NCBI RefSeq assembly: GCF_008189525.1
Contig: NZ_CP043314.1
Span: 180,001 to 212,000 of the forward strand
DNA from: Candidatus Saccharimonadota bacterium
Lineage (GTDB): Bacteria; Pseudomonadota; Alphaproteobacteria; CAJXXZ01; 1604HC
Reading direction: 5' to 3'
Length of the DNA stretch: 32,000 bases
Shown: positions 18,766-26,717 of the stretch, piece after piece
How positions within the stretch are numbered: the stretch's first letter is position 1
Layout: each line of letters starts with the position of its first letter
Made by a program: the position numbers and the translations under genes
Notes under the pieces: generated by a model
What the model was told of the DNA's origin: nothing
The model's input: the letters and a program-made list of their open reading frames with translations, nothing else
The model's database searches: none

Positions 18766-19683
18766 TTACTTGGGTTTTGCCATTGCTTTAATCTTTTTTA
18801 ATTTCTCTGGATTGAATACATCTTTTGTAGAATAGGGTTTGAGTTTTTCAAATGATTCTTTAAAAAACTTCTTGCTTTGGTCAGTAATTTCCATTTCAAA
18901 TTCTTCCAATATTTGTTCAATAGACAAGGCGCTTGAATTATATAAAGTTGAGAAATTTAGCAAAACATAAAGGCTCATTTTTTCTTCAGCTTCTGTATTA
19001 GTATTTAACGCATCAACTTCTTTAGTTAAGGTTTTATTTTCCCCTTTTAAATAGAGTGCAGGAATGTTGTAGTTCATTAATGCAGGCCTATCTTGCTGTT
19101 CTTGTAAATAGAGATCTGCAGAATTTTTAAAAAATGCTTCTTCGCTAATTACATAAGTTCCATCTATGCTTTTTATAAATTTAATTGCGTTTTTCAAATC
19201 TATAGAAGCGTATGTAACAGAGGCATCTGTATAGAATAAAATTACTTTATCACCTTGTTTTCTAGCAAAAAAACTGGTTGAAGATTGAAATGGGCTTTTG
19301 AGTGATTCTAGAACAGTTTCTGTGAAATCTTTTGCAATCTGTTCATGTCCTGTTTGGATTTTTGCAGTATGCATCAGTTGGTATTCTATTTCTTCCAGAT
19401 CTGGCTTACTAATTGGATCTGCGAAATACTTACTTATGGAAGTGTAATCTTTTACTTGAAGAACAGTGCTTTGAAGTTGTTTTTCATGTAAAGGAGCTTG
19501 ATTAGGATCAAAATCTCCAAAAAAAGAAAACTCTAATTCTTTCTCTTCAAGCATGTTTGAATGTTCAATTTCAGTTAATAATTCTTTTTCTTGCACTGCA
19601 GCTATAGCTCTGTTTGTAAAGGATAGAAAAATTGTCAAAATTTGGAAAAATTTCTTTATCTTGTTTCTAATTTTTATATACAT
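18766..19683 (-). CDS. Signal-peptide protein, copy C of the paralog family (cysteine-less variant; function unknown)
   Basis: The signal peptide has an AxA site (FFQILTIFLSFTNRAIA/AV). It shares FGDFDPNQAPLHEKQL with copy E (GFDFDPSQAMRNKQEL). Its core QSSTSFFARKQGDKVILFYTD aligns to C-x5-C-[RK]-V...LY of the other copies, with Cys1 replaced by Ser and Cys2 by Ala (19264-19284). ASIDLKNAIKFIKSIDGTYVISEEAFF and SLYVLLNFSTLYN match family blocks 3 and 4. Confidence 0.75.
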   Translation of the reverse strand: MYIKIRNKIKKFFQILTIFLSFTNRAIAAVQEKELLTEIEHSNMLEEKELEFSFFGDFDPNQAPLHEKQLQSTVLQVKDYTSISKYFADPISKPDLEEIEYQLMHTAKIQTGHEQIAKDFTETVLESLKSPFQSSTSFFARKQGDKVILFYTDASVTYASIDLKNAIKFIKSIDGTYVISEEAFFKNSADLYLQEQQDRPALMNYNIPALYLKGENKTLTKEVDALNTNTEAEEKMSLYVLLNFSTLYNSSALSIEQILEEFEMEITDQSKKFFKESFEKLKPYSTKDVFNPEKLKKIKAMAKPK

Positions 19684-19782
19684 AATCTTAATATATCATA
19701 TTATTATTAAAAACCTAACAAATTTCATTAGATTATACAGAGCATATTGATTATATGTTGTATATGTGCATTAATTCTTCTT

Positions 19783-22278
19783 ATGAGACTTATAATAGTA
19801 GAGTCACCAACGAAAGCTGTTGCAATATCTGGATATCTTAAGGGATTTGAAAACGGACCTTATAAAGTAATAGCGAGCTATGGTCATGTAAGAGCCCTTG
19901 CTAAAAAATCTGGATCTATAGATGTAGAAAAAGATTTTAAAATGAAATGGGAAGATGTTAGTACAGCTTCTGAAGTTATTAAAAAAATTGTAGATGAAGC
20001 GAAAAAGAGTAAAGAAGTTATTTTAGCTACTGACCCTGATCGAGAGGGTGAGGCGATTTCTTGGCATATAGTGCAAATTCTAAGAGAAAATAAAGTAGAT
20101 GTTAAATTCAGTAGAATGGTATTTAACTCTATTACTCCAAATGAAGTAAAAAATGCTTTAAAGAACTTAAGATCTATAAATGATGAGTTAGTAAGTGCAT
20201 ATAAGGCTAGGAAAGCTTTGGATTATTTGGTTGGATTTAATTTATCTCCTGTTCTATGGAAAAAATTGCCATGTAGATCAAACCAAAAGGTTCAATCTGC
20301 TGGTAGAGTTCAATCTGCAGCTTTAAGAATAATTGTTGAAAGAGAAAATGAAATAGTAAACTTTGAATCAAAACCTTATTGGACAATAAGTGGAGATTTC
20401 GTGCAAGAAACAAATTCATTCGAAGCAGATTTAGATTACTATAATAATGAAAAAATAGAGAAATTTTCTTGGACAGAGGATTCTGTAAAAGCGGCAAAGG
20501 AAGTTTTAGAGAAAGAAGAATACTCTGTTTCTAAAATAGATAAAACTGAACAGAAAAGGAATCCATTAGCTCCTTTTATTACATCTACAATGCAACAAGA
20601 AGCAGCTTCTAGACTGGATTGGAAGCCTTATGAAACTATGAGAGTTGCTCAGAAACTTTATGAGGGTGTTAAAGTTGGTTCTGCTGTGATCGGTTTGATT
20701 ACTTATATGCGTACTGATTCTGTAAAGATATCTGATCAAGGAATAAAAGAGTGTAGAGATTTTATATCTGATAGTTTTGGAAATAATTATGTATCTAAGT
20801 CTGTGAATCAATATAAATCTAGGGCGAAAAATGCTCAAGAAGCTCATGAAGCTATTAGGCCAACTAAATTTGATTTTACTCCTGAAAAAGTACAGGATTA
20901 TTTAGATGAAAAATCATTGAAATTATATAGATTGATATGGAATAGATCTGTAGCATCTCAGATGAGTCACGCACTTTATGATAAAATGACCATAAATATA
21001 GAAAGTAAAAGTTCTGCTTGGAAATCTACTGGTTCAAAGCTTAAGTTTGATGGATATCAAAAAGTTTATGGCAAAGAAGAATCTGAAGAGCAGGTTATAT
21101 GGAATTGCAAGGAAGGTTCTGTAAGTTGTGATGAAGTTAATATAAACCAACATGAAACGAAACCACCTAACAGATTTACAGAAACAGGGATTATAAAATA
21201 CCTAGAAGAGCATGGTATTGGTAGACCAAGCACTTATGCAAATATATTGAGCACCTTAGAGTACAGAGGATATGTAACGAAAAACAGGAAAACTCTGATT
21301 CCTTCTGAGATAGGTTGGTTAGTTACTGGATTTTTGAAAAATAATTTTGAAAAATTCATAGAAAATGATTTTACATCTGATATGGAAGAAAAGCTTGACT
21401 CTATAGCTAATGGTAAGCAAGATTTGCATGAATTATTAGAAACATTTTGGAAGGATTTTGAGAAATATATAGAAAAAACAGACGATTTAGATCCTAAATC
21501 AGTTATGCTTGATATTTCTTCTACTTATACAAAATTTTTCTTTGATCAAGATGAAATTCCAAATTGTCCAAAGTGTAGTGATGGTAAGCAAGAGTTGAAA
21601 GTAGGTAAGGGGTCTGCATTTTTGTCTTGCTCTAATTATCCTGATTGTAATTGGTCTAAATCTGCATCTAGTAAAATTGATTCAGATATGATTTTGGGAG
21701 ACGATCCTAAAACTGGTTTGCCAATAGCTTTGAAATATGGACCTTATGGGTATTATTTACAAATTGGGCAAAAATCTGACACAGATTTCAAAAGAATAGC
21801 ACTTCCTAAAAATATGAAAGATCCAGGAAACATGAATTTGGAAAATGCTTTGAAAATTGTAAACTCTGATTCTGTTTTAGGAGATGACCCTGAAACTGGT
21901 TTGAAAATAAATTTGAAACATGGGCCATATGGATATTATATACAAATAGGAGAAAAATCAGATGAAGGATTTAAGCGTATTCCTGTGCCAAAAATATTCA
22001 GAAATCCAGAAAATATTACTTTCGAAGAAGCTATAAAAATCAGATCCCTTCCATTGAAAATGGGAGAATACAACGATCACGATGTGCATGTAGATATAGG
22101 TAGGTTTGGTCCGCATTTGTTATATAATAATGTTTATATTTCCATTAAAAAGAGAAATCCTTTCGAAGTTACATGGGATGATTGCTTAGAAATATTAGAA
22201 AGCCCAGAATCAAAAAAGAAAATAGATCAGAAATCTAAAGAAAAACCTAAGAAACCTAGGAAATCTTACAAGAAATAA
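19783..22278 (+). CDS. topA: DNA topoisomerase I
   Basis: The TOPRIM start is MRLIIVESPTKA, with ATDPDREGEAISWH. The catalytic region contains LITYMRTDS (the active-site Tyr context). There is one C4 zinc ribbon (CPKC...CSNYPDC), then C-terminal repeats and a Lys-rich tail. The ATG at 19783 gives the canonical N-terminus; the track starts at a TTG at 19747. Confidence 0.95.
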   Translation: MRLIIVESPTKAVAISGYLKGFENGPYKVIASYGHVRALAKKSGSIDVEKDFKMKWEDVSTASEVIKKIVDEAKKSKEVILATDPDREGEAISWHIVQILRENKVDVKFSRMVFNSITPNEVKNALKNLRSINDELVSAYKARKALDYLVGFNLSPVLWKKLPCRSNQKVQSAGRVQSAALRIIVERENEIVNFESKPYWTISGDFVQETNSFEADLDYYNNEKIEKFSWTEDSVKAAKEVLEKEEYSVSKIDKTEQKRNPLAPFITSTMQQEAASRLDWKPYETMRVAQKLYEGVKVGSAVIGLITYMRTDSVKISDQGIKECRDFISDSFGNNYVSKSVNQYKSRAKNAQEAHEAIRPTKFDFTPEKVQDYLDEKSLKLYRLIWNRSVASQMSHALYDKMTINIESKSSAWKSTGSKLKFDGYQKVYGKEESEEQVIWNCKEGSVSCDEVNINQHETKPPNRFTETGIIKYLEEHGIGRPSTYANILSTLEYRGYVTKNRKTLIPSEIGWLVTGFLKNNFEKFIENDFTSDMEEKLDSIANGKQDLHELLETFWKDFEKYIEKTDDLDPKSVMLDISSTYTKFFFDQDEIPNCPKCSDGKQELKVGKGSAFLSCSNYPDCNWSKSASSKIDSDMILGDDPKTGLPIALKYGPYGYYLQIGQKSDTDFKRIALPKNMKDPGNMNLENALKIVNSDSVLGDDPETGLKINLKHGPYGYYIQIGEKSDEGFKRIPVPKIFRNPENITFEEAIKIRSLPLKMGEYNDHDVHVDIGRFGPHLLYNNVYISIKKRNPFEVTWDDCLEILESPESKKKIDQKSKEKPKKPRKSYKK
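21691..22056 (+). repeat. Two tandem 183-nt (61-aa) coding repeats inside topA (topoisomerase C-terminal repeat type)
   Basis: ILGDDPKTGLPIALKYGPYGYYLQIGQKSDTDFKRIALPK... is repeated as VLGDDPETGLKINLKHGPYGYYIQIGEKSDEGFKRIPVPK... exactly 183 nt downstream. A third, degenerate unit follows (GRFGPHLLYNNVYISIKK). Confidence 0.85.
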
Positions 22279-22325
22279 AGCTGTAATAATTATTCCTAAT
22301 TAATATAAATGCTCAATCTATATAT

Positions 22326-23108
22326 TTATTTTATAGATTCTTGTTCTTTTATGTATTTTGCATATTTTTTAAGGTCATTTATGGATTTTATCTCATTGTT
22401 TTTTGAAAACTCATAAGTATGTTTATATTCTTTAAGTTCTTCCATATCAAAATTATGGAGTAAATCTCCATAAGATTTTGCAATGTAGTTAAGAGATGAA
22501 AAATAAACTGCATCTACGTAAGTATAAGTTTGTTCATCTTTTATTAAATTGTTTTGAAAATTTTCATCAGATTCAACAAAAAATTTAGAACCATCACTTA
22601 CTAAAGTTTTACCAAGTCTAGGTGCTATATCAATAGAACTTAATGCAATCATTGACACCTGTGTTAATGGATATACGTCATTAATCTCTTCTATAATGTT
22701 TTGAGGTTTATTAAAATAACTAACGCTTAAGCAAGTTATGCCATTAACTACAAGCAAATAATCTTTGATTTTATCTATTTCTACATTAAGGAAGTTGAAC
22801 CCTCTCCCATAATCTATGAATAATTTAATGTGGTTTTTGTCCAATACCCTGCAATAAGCTTTTGTTGAACATTGTAATTTGGTTTTGTGAGATTGTTCTA
22901 TTGTGTCTATTAAGCTCAAGTGATCTGTTTTTGATGCTTTATAAAGATTTTGATATTCAACAGATTTTCCATCTCTATCTTTAAAATCTGTTTCAACTTT
23001 ATCTCTCATTTCTTGAAGATCTTCTGCTTTAGGTGCATAATCTACTTGCAGAACCTCAGCAAATGTAAATGACATTAGAAATAATATTAGTGATATAAAA
23101 AAATTCAT
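22326..23108 (-). CDS. Signal-peptide protein, copy D of the C-x5-C paralog family (function unknown)
   Basis: ATG with GAAGGA upstream. Signal peptide is MNFFISLILFLMSFTFA/EV. Family blocks are VDYAPKAEDLQE, LIDTIEQS...LQCSTKAYCRVLDKNHIKLFIDY (Cys codons 22869-22871 and 22851-22853), FNFLNVEIDKIKDYLLVVNGITCLSVSYF and YTYVDAVYFSSLNY. Confidence 0.78.
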   Translation of the reverse strand: MNFFISLILFLMSFTFAEVLQVDYAPKAEDLQEMRDKVETDFKDRDGKSVEYQNLYKASKTDHLSLIDTIEQSHKTKLQCSTKAYCRVLDKNHIKLFIDYGRGFNFLNVEIDKIKDYLLVVNGITCLSVSYFNKPQNIIEEINDVYPLTQVSMIALSSIDIAPRLGKTLVSDGSKFFVESDENFQNNLIKDEQTYTYVDAVYFSSLNYIAKSYGDLLHNFDMEELKEYKHTYEFSKNNEIKSINDLKKYAKYIKEQESIK

Positions 23109-23267
23109 TTTATCCTTCTTTCTTATAGATTTGTATTATGCTTAGATTCCTATTTATAAAATACCTTTGTTAATCTTTCTTAGATTTACTAAATTTATAT
23201 GATCTGAGTATTAATGAGATAGGATTCTGGCAAGGTTTTATAGTTTTATCAGATCGTTCTAGCCAGA

Positions 23268-24155
23268 TTAGGTATTTAATTCTGATTGTTCTACTTTTGC
23301 AAGCAATCCATTATAAAATCCCCTTAAGTTATCTATTCCTGAATGTGATTTATGTAAAATTTTTAAGTGTTCTTGGAACTCTTCATCATCACTTATACTG
23401 CCTTCAAAATTGCTGGCGAAGTCTATAAATGGATCAAAGAACAGAAGATCTGTGTAAGAGAAGTTGCTTAATGTACTTATTGCAAGATTTACTACATCTT
23501 TGTTTATAGGATTTATTTGTATTGCTGCACTAAGAAGTGAGTTTTCTCCATCTTCTGAAAGTGCATTAAAAGCTCCTCTTTTAGAGCTTTCTTGTATATA
23601 AATTAACTTTCCTATATGAAGTTGATCAATGAAGGGTTTTGTTTCTTCAGTGAGATTAAAATCCTTTTGTAAGAAATATTTATAGCTGATTCCGTAAGAT
23701 TTGGTATCATTTATATAAACAAGCCATTTCGATATTTCAGATAGTGGTACAGAGAATTTAGCAAAATTTCTTTCAAATTGATTTCCTGAGCTGCTTGTTT
23801 CACTTACACTAAATAATTTTTGATAAACAGATAGGTTTTCTCCATCTACTTTACAGTATGTTGATGTTGTGCATTGTGCCTTTGTTGCATGTGCAGATAA
23901 AATAAGATCGTGCAGTGTGTTATGCTCTTCAAGGCTATTATACTTACTTTTGTCTTGTTCAGGTATGTTAGAGAAATATTCTTCTAATTCTTGCTTGTTT
24001 CGCATGGCTTGACTTGGATCAAAGTCAAACCCAGTTTGAGAGATTACTTTTGCAGGAATTGGGTTGTCATTACTTGCACCAGATATAGATGTAATTCCAA
24101 TCATTGAAAAACATAGTAAAGTTTTAGATAGTATTTTTTTTAATTTTTTGTTCAC
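23268..24155 (-). CDS. Signal-peptide protein, copy E of the C-x5-C paralog family (function unknown)
   Basis: GTG start with AGGGA upstream. Signal peptide is KTLLCFSMIGITSISGA/SN. Family blocks are FDFDPSQAMRNKQELEE, LHDLILSAHATKAQCTTSTYCKVDGENLSVY (Cys codons 23871-23873 and 23853-23855), FAKFSVPLSEISKWLVYINDTKSYGISYKYF and LLFFDPFIDFASNF. Confidence 0.78.
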   Translation of the reverse strand: MNKKLKKILSKTLLCFSMIGITSISGASNDNPIPAKVISQTGFDFDPSQAMRNKQELEEYFSNIPEQDKSKYNSLEEHNTLHDLILSAHATKAQCTTSTYCKVDGENLSVYQKLFSVSETSSSGNQFERNFAKFSVPLSEISKWLVYINDTKSYGISYKYFLQKDFNLTEETKPFIDQLHIGKLIYIQESSKRGAFNALSEDGENSLLSAAIQINPINKDVVNLAISTLSNFSYTDLLFFDPFIDFASNFEGSISDDEEFQEHLKILHKSHSGIDNLRGFYNGLLAKVEQSELNT

Positions 24156-24301
24156 TTTTAATTTCCCTTTGTTTTATTTGATCATGAAACATTTAAGATT
24201 TTGTGAATATTGCTGTTTTTCATTAAGGGATTTTTACAATCTTTAATTTATTCTTATATTGAGTTGGTTTTAATGTTTTTAGCAGTGATTCTACTATGTT
24301 T

Positions 24302-25405
24302 TTATTTTAAATAAATCCTATCCACTCTTCTGCCTATTGTTGTTAGTATTTCAGTTCCTTGCGCTTTCTTATTATTCCAATGTTTAAGTTTTTCCGCTGT
24401 GATGTTTTTCCCTAAAAGCTCTATGTTTGCGAAAAGTAAGTCTTTATCTTTCAAATCTAAATCTGTTAAATCTATCATAGTGTAATCCATAGAAACTGAA
24501 AGTATTTTACAATATTTTCCATTTAAAAATCCATATGAATTTCCTACTATATATCCATCCCCATATCCAATATTTAATATACCTACCTTTGAATCTTTTT
24601 CTGTGATGTGTTTATGATCATAACCTACTCCGCAGTCTTTTTTTACATGATTTATTTTTATAACTTTTGCAAATAATTCTGCTACATTTTCCAATTTTAG
24701 ATCTGCACAATCTTCATTGAATCCATATAAGAATCTTCCTAGTCTTATCATGTTTCCATGGAATTCTCTTCCAAGCAAAAGTCCACAAGAAGAAGAAAGG
24801 CTGAATAATGTATTTGTAGAAAATTTTGTTTCATTTGCAAGTTGATTAAATTTTTCATTTATTAATTCTTTAAAATGATTTGTTTTTTCTATTTGAGATT
24901 GATTTTGGTCAGATTCTAAATCATAGCCATGAGATAAGTGTTGCATGAAAAATTTTACCCTAGTGATATCTGTCACATTTTCAAGTTCTTGCAAGGAAAT
25001 TCCAAGTCTATTCATTCCTGTTTCTAGCTGAACAACAATAGGTTTATTTTTTTTAACTTTTTCGCAATGATCGTTCCAATCTCTTATTTGCTCAACACTA
25101 AAACATACTGGTATGAAGCCTTTATCGAAAACATGATCTAACTGATATTTTGTATATCCACTAAGAATATATATATTATTATGTCCTGAAAGCGCTGTTG
25201 AAAGTATTTCATCTGCTTCTTCAACAGAATTTACAAAAAAATCTTTACAATTCGTATTTTTCCTTAGATGCTCATATATTTCTTTTGCACCTAATCCATA
25301 TGCATTACACTTAATAACAGCAGCGCATTTTATATCTTTAGATAAATTTAAGTAGTTTTTAACTAAATTACTTAAATTTATTTTTAAAAAAGGCTTATTA
25401 TACAT
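24302..25405 (-). CDS. alr: Alanine racemase
   Basis: The PLP-lysine block is AAVIKCNAYGLG. The rest of the N-terminal barrel follows, and the C-terminal block VSMDYTMIDLT is typical of Alr. At 367 aa the size fits. Confidence 0.88.
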   Translation of the reverse strand: MYNKPFLKINLSNLVKNYLNLSKDIKCAAVIKCNAYGLGAKEIYEHLRKNTNCKDFFVNSVEEADEILSTALSGHNNIYILSGYTKYQLDHVFDKGFIPVCFSVEQIRDWNDHCEKVKKNKPIVVQLETGMNRLGISLQELENVTDITRVKFFMQHLSHGYDLESDQNQSQIEKTNHFKELINEKFNQLANETKFSTNTLFSLSSSCGLLLGREFHGNMIRLGRFLYGFNEDCADLKLENVAELFAKVIKINHVKKDCGVGYDHKHITEKDSKVGILNIGYGDGYIVGNSYGFLNGKYCKILSVSMDYTMIDLTDLDLKDKDLLFANIELLGKNITAEKLKHWNNKKAQGTEILTTIGRRVDRIYLK

Positions 25406-25613
25406 CTTTTTACTCTACCTCTATTTTATTTATTTTAGAACAAGTAAGTTGAATATATCTTTTACTTTAATGTTAGAAGATGAAAATTATAAACAACTTG
25501 TTTTCTTATTTTTTTTGAAATGCTGTTCAACATAAAACTATACAGAAATAATATACAAAAATAAACGAATATTAATAAATTAAGTTTTAGCAAGCATTCA
25601 ATAGTAAATTATA

Positions 25614-26648
25614 TCAAGGAACATGTTCTTGGAAATATTTTATAGTTTCCATAGCAGCCATACAACCCTGTCCGCTAGCAGTTACAGCTTGTCTATATAC
25701 TTTATCCATTACATCTCCTGCAACAAAGAATCCGGGAATTTTTGTTTTTACTCCATCAGTAATTACATAACCTTCTGTGTCTAGATCTAGTAAATCAGAC
25801 ACTATTGAGCTTTGGGGTGAATGTCCTATTGCTATAAATACTCCTTGTAAATTTAAATCTTCTGTAGATCCTGTTTTTACATTTTTTATTCTTGCGCCTG
25901 AAACTGCTTTTATTCCACTGCCACTAGATTTTATTTCTTCAGAGTTCCCTAAAACCTCTTCTAAAATACAATCTAAATGTAAATATATATTTTTCATTGA
26001 TAACATTCTTTCTTGCATTATCTTTTCAGCTCTGAATTCTTGCCTTCTATGAATCAAATGTACTTTTTTTGCTATTTTGGATAAATATATAGCTTCTTCT
26101 ATAGCTGTATTTCCTCCACCAACTACTGCAATTTCTAGATCTTTGAAAAAGAATCCATCACATGTAGCGCAGGTAGAAACTCCATATCCTAGATATTCAT
26201 ACTCACTTTGTAGTCCTAAATATTTTGCTTTTGCTCCTGTTGCTAATATACAGGATTTGAAATTATATTCGTGCTTTCCTGAAATGATCTTCTTTTGATT
26301 TGTTTTTTTATCGAAAAAAACATTAGAGACTGTTTTGTTTTCCATTACACATCCCAAAGATACTGCCTGCTTTTCCATTGCATGCATTAAATCAGGAGCT
26401 GATCCTATGAATCCAGGGTAATTCTCAATATCTGTTGTTGTCATAAGCTGCCCCTTTGGATCATCTCCCATGAAAACTGTGACACTTAAACCAGCTCTAA
26501 CCGCATATATAGCAGCTGACAAACCAGCTGGTCCAGAACCTATAATAGCAACATCAGATACTTCTTTGCTTTTTAAAATATCTGAATTTATAGAATATTC
26601 AGAGTTAGTATTTGCCTTAGAATTAACATCTTTATGATTGATAGACAT
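25614..26648 (-). CDS. trxB: Thioredoxin reductase (low-Mr type)
   Basis: FAD site is DVAIIGSGPAGLSAAIYAVRAGL. The redox-active motif CATCDG is present. NADPH site is VVGGGNTAIEEAIYLSKIAKKVHLIHRRQEFRA, and the C-terminal block is GFFVAGDV...YRQAVTA.G.G. A roughly 30-aa N/S-rich N-terminal extension precedes the FAD motif. Confidence 0.93.
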   Translation of the reverse strand: MSINHKDVNSKANTNSEYSINSDILKSKEVSDVAIIGSGPAGLSAAIYAVRAGLSVTVFMGDDPKGQLMTTTDIENYPGFIGSAPDLMHAMEKQAVSLGCVMENKTVSNVFFDKKTNQKKIISGKHEYNFKSCILATGAKAKYLGLQSEYEYLGYGVSTCATCDGFFFKDLEIAVVGGGNTAIEEAIYLSKIAKKVHLIHRRQEFRAEKIMQERMLSMKNIYLHLDCILEEVLGNSEEIKSSGSGIKAVSGARIKNVKTGSTEDLNLQGVFIAIGHSPQSSIVSDLLDLDTEGYVITDGVKTKIPGFFVAGDVMDKVYRQAVTASGQGCMAAMETIKYFQEHVP

Positions 26649-26717
26649 GAAGAGTATTATAAACCAAAAAATAAATTAAACCATAAACCAGAAATTAAAT
26701 TTCCTTTTTTAAAATGC

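Noticed and set aside
21691-22056. 183-nt tandem direct repeat, considered as a possible novel repeat or recombination product
   Set aside because: It is in frame within topA and encodes the known topoisomerase I C-terminal repeat module (GDDP.TG....K.GPYG.Y.Q.G). This is expected for this TopA type, not novel.
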